From Eledone cirrhosa (taxonomy: Eukaryota), in assembly GCA_964016885.1 (NCBI GenBank), contig OZ024742.1:80352001-80416000 (forward strand): DNA of 64,000 nucleotides, in the 5' to 3' direction. The notes below the pieces were generated by a model that was given only the letters and a program-made list of their open reading frames with translations, had not been told where the DNA came from and did not search any database. This document shows positions 12,915 through 26,790 of the stretch, piece after piece (the stretch's first letter is position 1; each line of letters starts with the position of its first letter). The translations under genes and the position numbers were made by a program.

Positions 12915-15900
12915 GATTTCTTTATTAACCACAAGGGTTTACATAAAGTAGACATTAAGGACAGTGCAGGACAATGCAGGACGGTACAAATGGGCATTTC
13001 TGCGTGTAAAAAACAAAAAAACAGAGGATGTAACAAAAAATAACAATGAAAAATTCCCCAATAGGGGGGAGACTTCGGAGGGACATTTGTGGAGAAAGCC
13101 CAGTAAAAGGCCACAATGACACTGACCACCAAGGCAAGTGCCCTCTCCCAGTTTTCCACCTTTAATTTACAGATATATACTCAGAGTAGGCCCATTCACT
13201 CGGGCCATTCTTGCTTCTCTCACCCATCTTTCAACAAAATGCTGGGAAGCGAGCACTTCCCTCTCTACTCTGATTTTCCTTTTCAAATGAAATTTGAAAA
13301 AGTCAATCAGAGCATCACCGAAGAGGTAAGTGTTGGTCTTCAGCCCTTTCAAACGTGTCCACCATACTATCTCTTTCGCCATGGCCACCAGACAGATAAA
13401 AACTGCCTGCCGTTCCCGGCTAAAGGAAGAGGGCGGGGCAATCCTCACGATGGACTCAGATGATAGACGGATCCGTCCTAAACGCGACAGCAGGTGTTCC
13501 ACATAAACCCACAAGTCCGCAATTTTCGGACACTGGACGAGTGCGTGCAGGACGGTTTCGTCGCCCTGCGCGCATCTTGGACATGCCCGGCGGAGGGCAC
13601 CTCCATGCCTGTAGAGTGTATCCCAAACTGGCAAGGCTCCTCGGTTTTTGTCCGTCTGGAGGTCCGGACCGAACCAGACCCCTAGCAATTTAACCGGTCC
13701 GTCCGTCCAGCGCCCGACGACGCTGTTGGACGGCATGGACCTGCCTCTCCAGGTGCCGAGCTGCAGGCCCACTGACTTTTCCTGGTTGATCATTGCTCCT
13801 GTCACCGCTTCGTATTCTCTTAGTGTAGTGCCGATCGCCTCGATGTGTTTGGCGTTCGACACCACTACGGTGACATCGTCCGCATATGCTGACACGGATC
13901 TTCCGCATCCTAGTTCGCGCGGGACGCCCCTCAACGTCTACAGTTTGTGCAGTAATGGCTCGAGAGTCAATATGTACAAGAGGGACGAGAGGGGACATAC
14001 TTGACGGACCGAGCGCACGATGTGGAACGGTTCCGACAGGTGACCGTTCACTCTCACCACAGAGCAGATGTCGCTGTGCATGGCAGCGATCCAGCCTCTG
14101 AAGACGGGCCCAAAGCCCCCCGCCCTCAGGACTGCCGCTAGGTAACGATGGTCGACCCTATCGAAAGATTTCGACTGATAAAAATTGATCAATGACCCAT
14201 CCGTGCCAGGTTCCCTAGCTACCTTCTCTACGATGTATCGCATGAGGTGGAGGTTGTCGTGGATGGATCTGTCGGGAATGGCGCATGTCTGCGCCTCTTC
14301 CACCAGACCACCAACGACAAGCGCCATCTTTGCTAGCACCTTGGCTAAAGTCTTGAACTCTGTGTTTAGCATGGTTATGGGCCGGAAATTATCTATGTTA
14401 TCCCCCTTGTTCGGATCCTTTCTCAGCAGTACCACCGCTCCTCGGCTCACAGAACTGGGAATTGTCCCGTTCTGTTGCCAGTTGCAGTAGACGTCCGCCA
14501 AGAGGCCTCCGAACAAGTCTGGCGGCTGTACGTAAAGTTCATAGGGCAGACCATCCAAACCAGGCGATTTACCCTTGTGCAGCCAGTCATTGCCTCCCTT
14601 ACTTCAGCGGCTGTTATCGGCTTTTCGCAACACTTCGCCTCAGTGGCCGAGAGCCGCGGCAGTCCGTCGAGGTAGACACTAAAGTCCATCCCTCGAACCG
14701 GCCCACCGCTACCCCCGAACAACTGAGCGAAGTGTCGCTGAAAAGATTCACACATTTGCCCGGGATTGAGTAGCATGCGCCCGTCGTGGTCCACCAAAGA
14801 ACGGATCGCGCCTCCGCCACTCGGGCCCATTGAACTGCTTTCGTCCCCTCGTGTCTGAGAGCACGCACTCTTGCTCTGACAACGCAACCTTCGTGCTTTG
14901 CATTGAAGAATTGGTCAAGAGCCAATTCCGCCGCAAGCACGTCGGTCGCAATGCCTTTGCTAAACGCCTCGTCTAATTTTCTAAATAGTTCTCCCTCTGC
15001 TCTATTTTTCTCTATTGCTAAAGCCTTACTAAACCTAATGGATTCTATACTAATCGCTCTTTTCAGAGCAAACCACCACTTGTTGTTGACGATGGCCCCC
15101 GTCAACGCCCGCTTAACTAGTTCGCTAATCCGGTCTCTGTAGGCCTTGCGCGCTGGTAAGGACGCGTTTAACTTCCAGTAGCCGGGTCCTCGTCTATGAA
15201 GCCTATCTAAGTCAAGCACACAGATCCCGAATTTGTGGTCCGTGTAGCTGACTATCTTAAATTGTGGACAGCCTATGCTAGACCTATCTATTTCCCTACA
15301 AAATACTCTATCTAGATATGATCTGGATGACCCTATGCGATTTGTCCAAGTCCACCTTGGCACATTGGGGAAATCCAATCGGTAGCTGTCAGACAGTTAA
15401 AAACGCCTGAGCAGGTTGGTGAGGATCTTGCACCCTCCACCCCTATCCGCTAATCCCACACAGTCCCAGCGTGCATCTAAGATCCCGTTCCAGTCGCCCA
15501 CTAACACTAAAGAGCGGGACCTTCCCAGAAAGATCTCCAGACGCCGGAAGTAATCAGGCCGCCCTGCTCCTGTCGGGGCATAGACGGCCACTAGCCTGAA
15601 AGCTTGCCCGTCTCCGCTGATAACGTCCAGCACCACCAGCTTACCCTCTGGGTCCAGGAAGATGGCCCGTATGGCGAGATCCAAACCTCTCCGAAAAAGC
15701 ACAGCAACTCCACCCCCCGATCCAGGACGGCTGGGAGATGCGTACACATCGTAGCCGCCGAAGATCGGTGCGAAGGCCCGTGCTTCGAAGATTCTGGTCT
15801 CGCTGATGGCCACTACATCTATGTTTAGTGACCTGAGGTCGTTGAGGAGGTGACCCTGCTTCCATGACGACCCCAAGCCACGCGCATTTATGCTGCCTAT

Positions 15901-17110
15901 CATGAGTGAGGTCATGTTTAAAATAGAGTGGAAAAGATGGGAAAGACCACTTACCGTACTTTTCGTAGAGGAGGGATGGTTTTTACATCCCTTTTCACTT
16001 GATCGTCTGGTGAAGGGACCGTTGAATCGTCCCTTCGGCTGGTCATCGGCTCTTCCATGAGTATGTCCGAATATACTCTTCGAGTGATAGTTCCTCCTAG
16101 GTCCCTGAAATCACCAACTGCGTTGGGGAATTTCGTGTTAATGTTTGTGTATTGTTTCTGTGCTATTTTTAGCAGTCTTATGTTAGTTGGCGTTTTGATT
16201 GGTGCTGGTTTTATGTAGTCGTGTTGTGAAATATCTGTGTGTTCAATTATGTAAGTCATTAGTTTCTTGTTGTGTGTATTTATTGCCTTGAATTTGTTTT
16301 TCTGGGGGTGGGGTGTGGTTCTGCTATTTTCTTGTCGTTGTTGCTCGGTGTGTGTGTTTTGTTGTTGTGTTTGCGATGTTGGTGCTTGTGGTGGTGGTGT
16401 TGAAGGTGTTGTTTGCGGTGGGGTTGTCGCCGGTGGTGATGGTGGTGCTAGTGTGGGTGGTGATGGTGTTGGTGGGGTTTGCTGCTGTGAGTCTCTTTGC
16501 AGTAGACTTTACCCTTTTTTCATTTCTTTCCTCCCTTTTCAAAGGCGACGATGCGCTGCTTCTGCGTTTGTGCCTTCTTACGAACTTTTGCCATCCCTCT
16601 CCCACCTCACACTCCATGTCTGATTCTGTGAGGTGGGGAGGGGTACCAGCTCCACTCTTTCACTTGTTGTTGTTGGTGATGTTTCGTCGTCGTTGTCGTC
16701 GTCGTGGAGAAATCTTGCACGCTTTGCACGAAACTTTTCTTTTCTGTCGTCGCTTGCGAAAGAGAAGGGAGGGAGAGAGACACATTTAAAGAAGGAAGGG
16801 AGAGAGACAATCTTCTCTCTGCTGTAGTGACGATTGAGGAAAAAGAAGACGGAATGAGTGGGAGTGACCTATGAAAATTCTTTTTCGTAGCCATGTTGTT
16901 TTTTTTGTTTAAAATAAATATTGGGCACAAAACCCCAATAAGCAGTTATTTAACCCCGAAGGGCCAAATAACGGGCAGAAAGACCCCTCTCACGAGGAGA
17001 AGGGTTTTTTTGTCTACAAGTTGGTTAAAGTTTTCAACAATTTACAATTGTTATAACTGTCAAAATTTACAATACCTTACAGAGCCGAGCCTCCGTCAAC
17101 CATAGCATTC
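12915..17110 (-). mobile_element. Tx1-clade LINE copy B, both termini present, two large internal deletions
   Basis: Colinear with copy D except deletions at ~13643 and ~16682; (AAT)n on both flanks. Confidence 0.92.
13167..15915 (-). pseudogene. Tx1 ORF2 of copy B, disrupted
   Basis: SINARG/ISET/GDWN/TDH endonuclease motifs, FRPITMLN, SAYADD, CPRC..HALVQC. Confidence 0.9.
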
Positions 17111-17138
17111 AATAATAATATATAATAATAATAATAAT

Positions 17139-17315
17139 TGTTTCTACTTTAGGCACAAGGCCAGCAATTATCCAGTGCATTACTGGTACTTTATTTTATC
17201 GACCCCGTAAGGATGAAAGGCAAAGTCAACCTCGGCGGGATTTGAACTCAGATCGTAAAGGGACGTCACTATGCTGGAATGCATGGAGTCCGACCGTCCA
17301 CCGATACTGCCAATT

Positions 17316-17320
<5 letters not shown>
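17139..17320 (-). mobile_element. tRNA-derived SINE directly upstream of Tx1 copy B
   Basis: Near full-length SINE match. Confidence 0.9.
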
Positions 17321-17377
<57 letters not shown>

Positions 17378-17723
17378 TCGCTTGCGTAATGATCTTCGAT
17401 ATATCTGTTTCATCCTATATATTGTTTCTGAACATCGTTGTAAAAATATGTTTGTAGCAATGAATACCTTCATTCGTTTCGTCGTGCCTATTATTATACG
17501 CTCTGTACCACCGCATTTATAAAACCCAATGGATGTATTCACATCAGGCTTGATTCTTAAATAATTTTACGCAGTAAACCAGAAAAGAGAGGATTCAACT
17601 TATCTTCCTGATTCTGGAATTTTATTGTGCTTGAAACATTTTTGGTACACATATTTTTTACTAAACATTTATCCTTGTGATACACACAAATGCACACACA
17701 CACACACACATAGATACATATGC

Positions 17724-17852
<129 letters not shown>

Positions 17853-18683
17853 TGCATTAAAGCCCGGCGTTGCTCGGGGACAGTAAGTTACCAAAGTTAG
17901 GTTGCACTACCTATTTTATGGCAGCACTTTTTTGTCTGCCAGGCAATGGTTGAATGAATTGCAAACCTGCACTGCGAAAGCAGGAGCTGCGGCAGGTGCT
18001 GCGTCAGCAGTGACAATTGTAGTTTCGCCTATTGATATTATCTGTGTGGAAAGAAGTGTTCAAATTTATTGTTTAACAGTACTTGCGTAACACGCGCTTA
18101 GACGATGCCATCCGAACAACAGAGCTGCGATGGAGTTGTTCTGCATGACATGGTTTAACGGGGGAGGGGTGGGTTGAGGGAACCTCAAACAGGGGTAATG
18201 AAAATATTGTCGAATTTTGACAACCAAAAAAGAGCAAGAAGGGTCATTTTATGGTTGGTGCATCATGTACGTCGGACGTAGAAGATGAGCCTGCTGCTGT
18301 GCCGACGGGGGGTGGGAAATAGAGCTGAGCGGAGGCCAGGTGTCGGTGAAGTGTGAAGTAATTGCAGAGAACGGCCTAAACATTTAAATCCCGTCATTAA
18401 AGCATTGTTCACCCTTTGAAAGTCGTACGGAGGTGAAATACTAACCTGTCCACCGTCCTCCGAGGCCCACCAAACGGGGTTTGGTGAGGAGCTTCAGCTG
18501 ATATTTGAGTAGGGTCACATTTGCAATGAAGCTTTGTAACGCCGCGAGAATCAGCCTTTGTACGGCAGATAGTGGGGAGTGTCCAATGCCCCTGCAGTGA
18601 AGGGTAACCTACTTAGAAAGTACTCACGAAAAGGCAAAAAATGAAAAAATAAAAAAGTTTTAAAATTAGGAATCGAGGTATTC

Positions 18684-21600
18684 CTATAAAACCTCCTTGT
18701 ACACAATGTTTTTTGTTTTTCCTTGCGGAACGAACGCGAAATCATCTCTCCTGCTGCCGACACGCGAGCAGCCAACGTAAAGCTGACCATAAGAGAAACA
18801 CGGCTCCCTCAAATGTATTCCCGCGACAGACAGTGTTTGCCCCTTCGCTCTGTTAATTGACATTGCGAAGCATGGCCTGACCGGGAACTGGGACCTCCGA
18901 AATGTGTAAGTAAGGTCTGCTCCTGATGGGAAAATATGCATCCTCGGAATGAGCACAACCTTGCTCCGACCGCACCCTGTGATTATCGTAGCCTCAATCA
19001 GATTGGGAGATAAGGACTTAACGACCAAACGTGTGCCATTGCATTGTATCGGCGGAACCAAATTTCGAATGAGCATTATAGGGGCACCAACTTTAAATTT
19101 CAAAATGTGTGGGGGTAATCCGGGGGGGGGGGGGGGGATAACAGAAATTTAATACCTCTATTGGATAGTTCATGACGTCCTCGGGGTCAGGAGTTCTATA
19201 TACGTAGCCAAACCCAGGAATGAGTTTTAGCATTTGATCATTAATATGGTTAACAGTTTTATTCCTCGGGGCCAGAATAGCCCTTTGGACAAGCCAATCT
19301 ATATTCTGATAATTTGCTTGGAGATCTGGTAACACTGCATCCCTGAGATCAGAAGGCGTACTAACAACGGTACAAAGTGAGTCTATGGCAATATAACCCC
19401 GGGTGTTTTGCCTTCGCCAAGTGCAAGGAGGGTATGAGAAAATGCTGCTGATGCGATATCACCTCGCATATGAACACGCATGTTAGTGTGAAGTTTCAGA
19501 GTCTTCACTAGGGGTCACAATGCTGATGACTTAAGACACGCACGTACTGCATCAGATCTGGTCCCATTGGGAAAAAGGGGAAGCGTTTGCCTGAAGTCCT
19601 CTGAAAGAAGAAGTGTTATGCCTTCCATGGGAGCCGTAGAGTCTTTGATGTCTCTCAGAGTTCTATCTAGGGCCTCAAGAGCACCTCTGTGGGCCATCGT
19701 GCATTCGTCCCAAACGATAGGCTTGCATCGTCTGAACACTTCTGCGTGATCGGAGCTCTTACTGATGTTGCAAGTGGGTGTCTCAGTCTTCGCTAAGTCA
19801 AGCGGGAGCTTGAAATAGGAGTGAGCTGTCCTGCCCCCCGGCTACAAAGTAGCCGCAATTCCAGATGATGCCACAGCTAAGGCAATTCCCTCTGTTCACC
19901 TAATCTCAGCTAATATTAATTTGGTGACAACATTTTTCCCAGTCCCCCCAGGAGCGTCCAGGAAAAAAATCCCGCCAGCTTTGCCCCGGACAGAATTAAC
20001 AACGGAGTTGTAAGCGAATTTCTGTTCTGGAAGGAGCTTTGGCTCATTCTCCGCTATGACCTGGGCAAGCTCATCAACATTATTAGATGTCTCACGCAGT
20101 AAATCTGAAGACAGAGTGTTTGCGCCTTCCCGGTTTGGTGAAGGTAGGTTATACACCACCAACGCACTACCGCCCATATCGAGAACAGTATCTTCGATTC
20201 AAGCATCGCCCTGTTGTAAATGAGGTCACTGTACCCGACCTCCATCGATGGGTTTAGCAACTGATCGTGACGCAGGAAATCCTCAGACAGGTAATATTTG
20301 TAGCTAAGCCATAAAGAGGCCGGATCACCCAAGTCGCCCCATAGGAGTAGAATAGCGAAAAGCCATCTTAGTCTTTTAGGAGATTTCAACAAAACGTTCT
20401 CTGCCATAGTGGCGCCCCATTGGGAATCATCCTCAAAAAGGCCACGCCTAAAGCAGGCTTCCCAGAAAGTATCACATAATTCACCGTCAACAGTTCTTAT
20501 GTCTCGAAAGCTTTGTGTGCCAAAAGCCTCATAGAGGAGAAGGCGCAGGTGAAAACACTCATGCTGGTTGGGAGGTACAGTGTACACTCTTCCTAGACAA
20601 CAGTCAAACTTGACACCAGGATGTCCTTCAACATCCAGACCTGACTTCCTACGCACCCAAGTGTTGTTTGACCACACGTAGTAAGACGGGACCTGAGGAT
20701 ATGAAAGTGTTTTTGCAAATGTGTCAAGTTGGCAAAGCGTAAAAAAACAGTCAAAGTTGTTTCTTTTGGATTGGTCGCCAAATGAGCAGCAGTCTGTTCA
20801 GTAAAGTAAGCCGGCTGGCCGTTTTCCAAATGGACCGCTAGTTGTATGATGGCGGGGTGCCTTTGGTGAAGTGGAAACACAAATATCCGACAAAAAGCTT
20901 CACCACTGCTGATATATCGATCTGCCAAGTACTCCGAGACCTCGTCCCTGCTATAATCGTTTTGAAGGCCGAACATAGCAGCACCGGAACCCTTGTTAAC
21001 ATATTTACATATGTACTTTATCGACTTCACTGAATGACAGAACTCCACATTTATATGAGCGTTGAAAGTTTTCATCAGAAATGGACAGTACGGGACCACC
21101 CATCTATTATCAACTGATGACCCCGTAACGTCATAGTGAATCCACCGTTCTCAGATCGCCTTCTTTTGTACAGTGGGTATCCGTCGCCGCCGGTCTGGGT
21201 CTCCTCAACAAACCTCTTTGGGTATCGTTTACTGCACACATGGTCCTTCTAGCATGAAGAGAACTCTTGAAAACCGGGACCGCACGGACCGTGCACCATG
21301 TGTGCCTTCACAATGTCGTACAGCTGCCGGTCAACAACGGGGTCCGGTATTTCCGCTGTCATGACGTCATCTAAAACTGTAGGGTCAATTTTAGTAACCA
21401 ACCAAACCAAAATGTGCGTGTGTGGCAACTCTCTCTTCTGCCACTCAACAGTATACATGTGGCACCTAACAGGCCCGAACACCTTCCCATTTTTTTATTA
21501 AATCAATTAGCTTAGCCAGCTTCTGACTGAAAACCCTGGCAATAATATCATGCCGATGGCAGTACTGCTGCCCTGGGATAAGTTCCCGTGACCTGTGCTG

Positions 21601-23042
21601 AAATCGTTAGGCCTCGTCATGAAGCGGTTTTAGATATTGCAGCTGTGGGCTCGTTTGGTTTGCGCTGAGGAATGCCGAAATGGTACCCGTCTTCTCCGTA
21701 TGCAAAAAGAAGGGGATACTGCAGGGCGTCGTATGAACGATGCGTCTCATTAATACGTCGAAGACCACTGTCACGATTTTGAAGACTATGACTCTCTTAT
21801 TGTGCTGTTCACCATGGATAACTACGGCCACTTCATTGCACGAAGGAGCGTTATAACGGCGTGCGTGCTCCCCAGAAGGTCTTTTGTCAGCATCGATGAC
21901 AATGGTGAGTTTGGTGAAGGATTTGTTTCCAATGCGTATTTGAAACTTCGAATATAACTGTTGTGCTCCTGAAGCATGTTTTGATGACCGAACAGCACGT
22001 CCCTTTCAAAGGCGTCAGCGTCAGTGTTTGCAGGTGTTGGAATAATGCCGAACCGCGCATCAACTGGCCTACTGTGGTTAGAAATGAAGTAAATTTGAAG
22101 GGACGAAGTCTTGCAATTGTGTAGTGGCTGGAGCGACCCAATAAGATGTTACACCTGCCCCTGGACCTTGAAAGTAGGCATCCAACCACTTTCTCTGACA
22201 ACGTTAGCCCCTAAAGTAGTCATTTGGAACGCACAATTGTACTTCCTGATGAGGTGAAGGAATTTGGATGACCTTGAGGTAGAACCAGTAAGTAGTTCCT
22301 TCAAAGGCTCTGGTGGTTCTCGAAGAGGCGGCAAGCTGACCTTACCGTTTAAGCAGCACATTGCAGGTGGCTCCCCAGCCCACTTTTTAGCATTGCAGAA
22401 TTTGCAATTGAAGCGCATTTCCCCTATATTTATGTCGGCACGCATCGAGTAGTTAACGTTGAGTTCATACTTGAAAGCCCGTATGTGCCAGTATTGGCTG
22501 TTGGGGCTCGTCACACCGCGGGCAGCTTCTTGTTGTCGACTGTTCCGCTCCAACGTAGAATGTTGCTCCTGTGGGTCGTGGGAAGGTCTCGCAGCAGTAG
22601 CAGAAGCCACCTTTGCAATCCTAATGGAGCGCCCGTCTGCATCTTCGGAAGCCATGGAAGCAGTCATAGCCGCAGCGTTCCTAGCAAGGCGATTCGTCAG
22701 CCGTTCCAAACCTTCCAAAGCCCTGGAAGCAGCAGTAGCCGCAGCGTTTCTAGTTAGTCGAACCGCCCTTTGATCCTGGCCCTCTGCTTTTTTTTTGGAA
22801 TGTCGTATCGCCCGCTCTGAATCGCACATTGCAGCACGTCTCGCGGCGTCATATGAAGCCATCTTGGCTAGGCGTGCGGTGCATTGTTGAAAACTTTCAG
22901 CAGCTCTGCATTCCGCTGAACGTAAGGCGCTCTGTGAAAGTCTTAAAGCAGTTTCCTCGGGGGACTCGTTTGCTCTAATCGCCCTCTGCGCCGCCGCTGA
23001 CGGGGTTTGGCGACCGAGGCGACTTCTCTTTTTATGTGGCAT
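18684..23042 (-). pseudogene. Helitron RepHel transposase (HUH Rep + Pif1-like helicase), frameshifted
   Basis: CKFCNAKKW..CCLNGKV, VEWQKRELPHTHIL (HUH), [58 protein letters not shown]. Confidence 0.92.
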
Positions 23043-23620
23043 TTTATGTGAAAAAGAAAGGGTGAGGTTACTTCTACAGCAAAATTGCCTTTGAAAGTAA
23101 AAGGCCGAAAACTGTCGGCGTTCCGCAGGGAAATAAATGGGAGAACGAACGGCAAATAAATAACTCACGGATTGTTGAAAGCGCGCTTCTGTCAGCAATT
23201 CGAAGTTGTTTGGCCAAAAGCCCCTATGTGTTTTTTTTTTCACTCAATAAACGTGTAAATATGTTATACACAAAATGTAATTGTGTGTGAGTTGGTGATA
23301 GATGTTTTAAAAAGAGATTTTAAGCGTATATAAGAGAAGGTTGCATCATGTATTTTTTTTTTCGATTTTTAAGTCGAGTAGAGAGAGGATTTCACATAGT
23401 ATTAGAGGGGTAAAACGTCATGTATTTAGTTTTATCGATTATTTCCGTAATTGTGGGTGATTTTGAAATAAATAAATAGTCTTTGACCTATGTTAGACCA
23501 TTTAGAACATTCTTACAGACATCGAGTCGAATTGGTTAGAAATTGTACAAATGTATAAACATGGAACATGCACATACACACACACACAACAACAACAACA
23601 ATCTGCCTTTTATAGATAAT

Positions 23621-23803
23621 TGTTTCTACTTTTGGCACAGGGCCAGCAATTACCCAGTGCATTACTGGTACTTTATTTTATCGCCCCCGTAAGGATGAAA
23701 GGCAAAGTTAACCTCGGCGGGATTTGAACTCAGAATGGCAAGGGCCGTAACTATGCGTTAAAGCATGGCGTCCTACTCTCCACCGATACTGCCAATCCCC
23801 CCT
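23621..23803 (-). mobile_element. tRNA-derived SINE, 19-bp TSD duplicating the Helitron subterminus
   Basis: TCTGCCTTTTATAGATAAT at 23602-23620 and 23804-23822. Confidence 0.9.
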
Positions 23804-23878
23804 TCTGCCTTTTATAGATAATGATTCATATATGTGTGTAAAGTTTACACTTTATTCCATTTTAACAAGAACCTCCTG

Positions 23879-24056
<178 letters not shown>

Positions 24057-24199
24057 TTCTTTACATATATATATATATATATATATGTAAAGAAATAAAG
24101 CCTTGACCTAAAATAGTTTACTTTTTATTCCATTGTAACACGAACCCCCTAAATAATATATACATACACACGCATATATATATATATATATATATATAG

Positions 24200-25372
24200 G
24201 CTTTATTTCTCTATACAGATACCGTCATCATTCTTTGCGTTCGAAAACGATGATGCCTTTCATCTATACAGCCATGACAGAACTGTGGGTCTTGATACTG
24301 TAACCAGGTCAATATACCCATTTTTACATCATTTTTCGGTCTCAGATTGTGTACATTTATACAAAAGTGAGTTCAAGAAATAAGAAAAGAATCAGAAGTT
24401 GCCTAATCTGGTTTGTAGGCTGGAGGTCTAATAATTTTCTGTGAAATCCTTACAAGGTTTCCTTCGTTTGACGACAGGATTGTGCAAGTCCATTGTCATG
24501 GTGGAAAACATGAAAATTTTCAGGTCGCTTTTCTGCTGAATTTCTGACTAATATAATGAGCAGCTTAGTGTTGTTCGTGCTCCTCGGAAGCCGCGTAACA
24601 AAGCACTCATAGCACCCCTAAGTATTGATAACATATCCCTTCCTACTGAACGTTTCACTCTGCTTTGAACGGGCGTTTCCACCTTTGGGTTACCGTTGCT
24701 TTCTCTGAGGCCTGTCTTCAGTTTCGTACTGGTAATGCCACATATGATTCCCAGTCATAATTTGATTCAGAAAACTTTCTGGATTTTGATACCATTTGGA
24801 TAACATTTCTAAATAAATTATCCATTCTTGTTTGTTGATCTGGATACCAACGTATCGGCACGATCCGGGCAGAAAGATTATCAGTTTCAATTTATTACTT
24901 TAAATTTTGTGAACCAATCAAACGGAGATGGCAAAAGTTTGAGCTATGTTTTCTGCAATTAATCACCGGGAAACCCCAACTGAATCGCAAAAGGCTGATG
25001 GTCTGCACATGCCTGCATCATTTTCAATTTCGTATGGTCCTTGTTTGAAATGAGTTATTCAATTGTAAATTGCTGATACGTAAGGGAAAGCAACCCCATA
25101 AACATTCTCTAAGCTTCAATGATTTGCTCCCCCCCCCCCCCCAACAAGTTTTACCATTAATTTGATGTTGGTTCTTGTTTCAGTTTCGGTACATGTTGAT
25201 TTAAGGGTGGTTGTATCTAAAATGGTGTACATTCCAATCAATTGCTTCAAATTACCGCAAGATACTACGGGTGAAAACATTCATCCAGGCTTAAGCTACT
25301 GTATCAAGCAAAATATTTGTATAGTGTTCTTATAGAAGACATTTTCTATGAGCTTTTTGAATGCACTTCGTA
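24200..25372 (-). mobile_element. Degenerate Tc1/mariner transposon remnant
   Basis: FLNQIMTGNHMWHYQYETEDRPQRKQ resembles mariner FL.RIVTGDETW..QYDPE.K.QS.QW; HHDNG near 24490-24505; TIR-like ACGAAGTGCATTCAAAAAG at right end. Confidence 0.65.
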
Positions 25373-25639
25373 TATGTATATATATATATATATAAATATA
25401 TATATATACATAAGATCCTGTCTTTATTTTTTCGTACTCACGAAGAAGGGATAAAGCCCGACATGTCGAATTTTCATTCCCTATTTCCATATAACGCGTG
25501 AATATAATAAGATTGTTTGTATCTCTGCTGTGTCGTTTCCTGGATATATATACATATATACATACGTACATACATCAAGGGTGAAAGCAGCGATTTTTTG
25601 TTTAAACTTTAACCTGTTATTTTAATATATATTTGCTCA

Positions 25640-25818
25640 ATTGGCAGTATCGGTAGAGGGTCGGACGCCATGCTTTGACGCATAGAGTTACGGCCCTTGC
25701 CATTCTGAGTTCAAATCCCGCCGAGGTTAACTTTGCCTTTCATCCTTACGGGGTCGATAAAATAAAGTACCAGTAATACACTGGGTAATTGCTGGCCTTG
25801 TGTCTAACGTAGAAACAA
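25640..25818 (+). mobile_element. tRNA-derived SINE
   Basis: TGGCAGTATCGG ... GAGTTCAAATCC ... AGAAACA followed by ATTATTA. Confidence 0.9.
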
Positions 25819-25859
25819 TTATTACTATATATATATATATATATATATACAGGAAAATG

Positions 25860-26790
25860 TTCAAGACCGCGACGACAGAGCTCAAGCTAGTAACACAACA
25901 GCTAGTTCACCATACCGAGAACAATTGTTTCACCTTAGCGGATCTTCAGATCGTAGTGGTCATGGTTATACGGAACAGGTAGAGCAGTCGTATGAACGAG
26001 CATGAGCGCAAACGATCACTTCACCCAAGCGATAAAAATGCCACGGGGGAAAGGTGTAAGAGAGATAACTGCGAAAGTCCGGAAAAGGTGTTCGAGTTGA
26101 TTAGAAAATTAGAATGTTGTTGTTATTCAATCCGGAGTTTTTAGTTACGCAAGAGGTGTTTCCAGAGATGTGGACAGCGTGAGAAGATTTCAACTCTTGA
26201 ATTTAAGCAATCGCTATTGCGTAATCTCCATTGAATGGAGTAGTCTATACCTGAGTCATTGAGGGACTTCTAAGGGGATTACGCAATAGCGATTAATAAA
26301 TCAAGAAATGAAATCTTCTCACGCTGTCCAAATGTCTGGAAGCACCTATTTCAACTACAAAGCTACGGATTGAATAACAACAACATTATAATTTTCTAAT
26401 CAACTCGAACACCTTTTCCTGACTTTCGCAGTTATCTCAATTACACCTTTCGCCCGTGGCTTTGTAACGCTTGGGTGAAGTGACCGTTTCTGCGCATGCG
26501 CGTTCATATGGTTGTTCTTCATGTTCCGTATAACCATGACCAAGACACGATCAGGATATTGATTCTTTCTTCAATGCACAAGACGGATTACCATTTCCGC
26601 ATGGCTTAGATTTAGTAATAACTTTCCATTTGATAGGGTAATCCACGCTTGTGTCCTTCAGGAACCATACGTGGCTCGCGAGCTTCGTGGACCATCGTTT
26701 GCTCGCGTCTCTGAAGGTCGACTGATGATTCAGGAAGAGTACTTTAAAGCGAACCTCTGCCATACCTACTTAGGATTTGACATCTTGTTG
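25860..26790 (-). mobile_element. Penelope-like element 3' remnant (GIY-YIG endonuclease) with inverted duplication
   Basis: ORF 26551-26763 (RFK..NHQSTF..STKLASHVWFLKD..YPIKWKVI) and CLNSRVEIFSRCPH near 26150-26220 match the PLE GIY-YIG C-terminus; diverged inverted arms ~25958-26230 and ~26276-26540. Confidence 0.75.
25916..25953 (-). ncRNA. Minimal type I hammerhead ribozyme, slightly degenerate
   Basis: cgat CTGAAGA tcc-gctaa-ggt GAAA caattg TT ctcg; palindromic stem III; one mismatch each in stems I and II. Confidence 0.6.

Noticed and set aside
25640-25730. tRNA-like A/B boxes
   Set aside because: Head of a multi-copy SINE, no cloverleaf; not a tRNA gene
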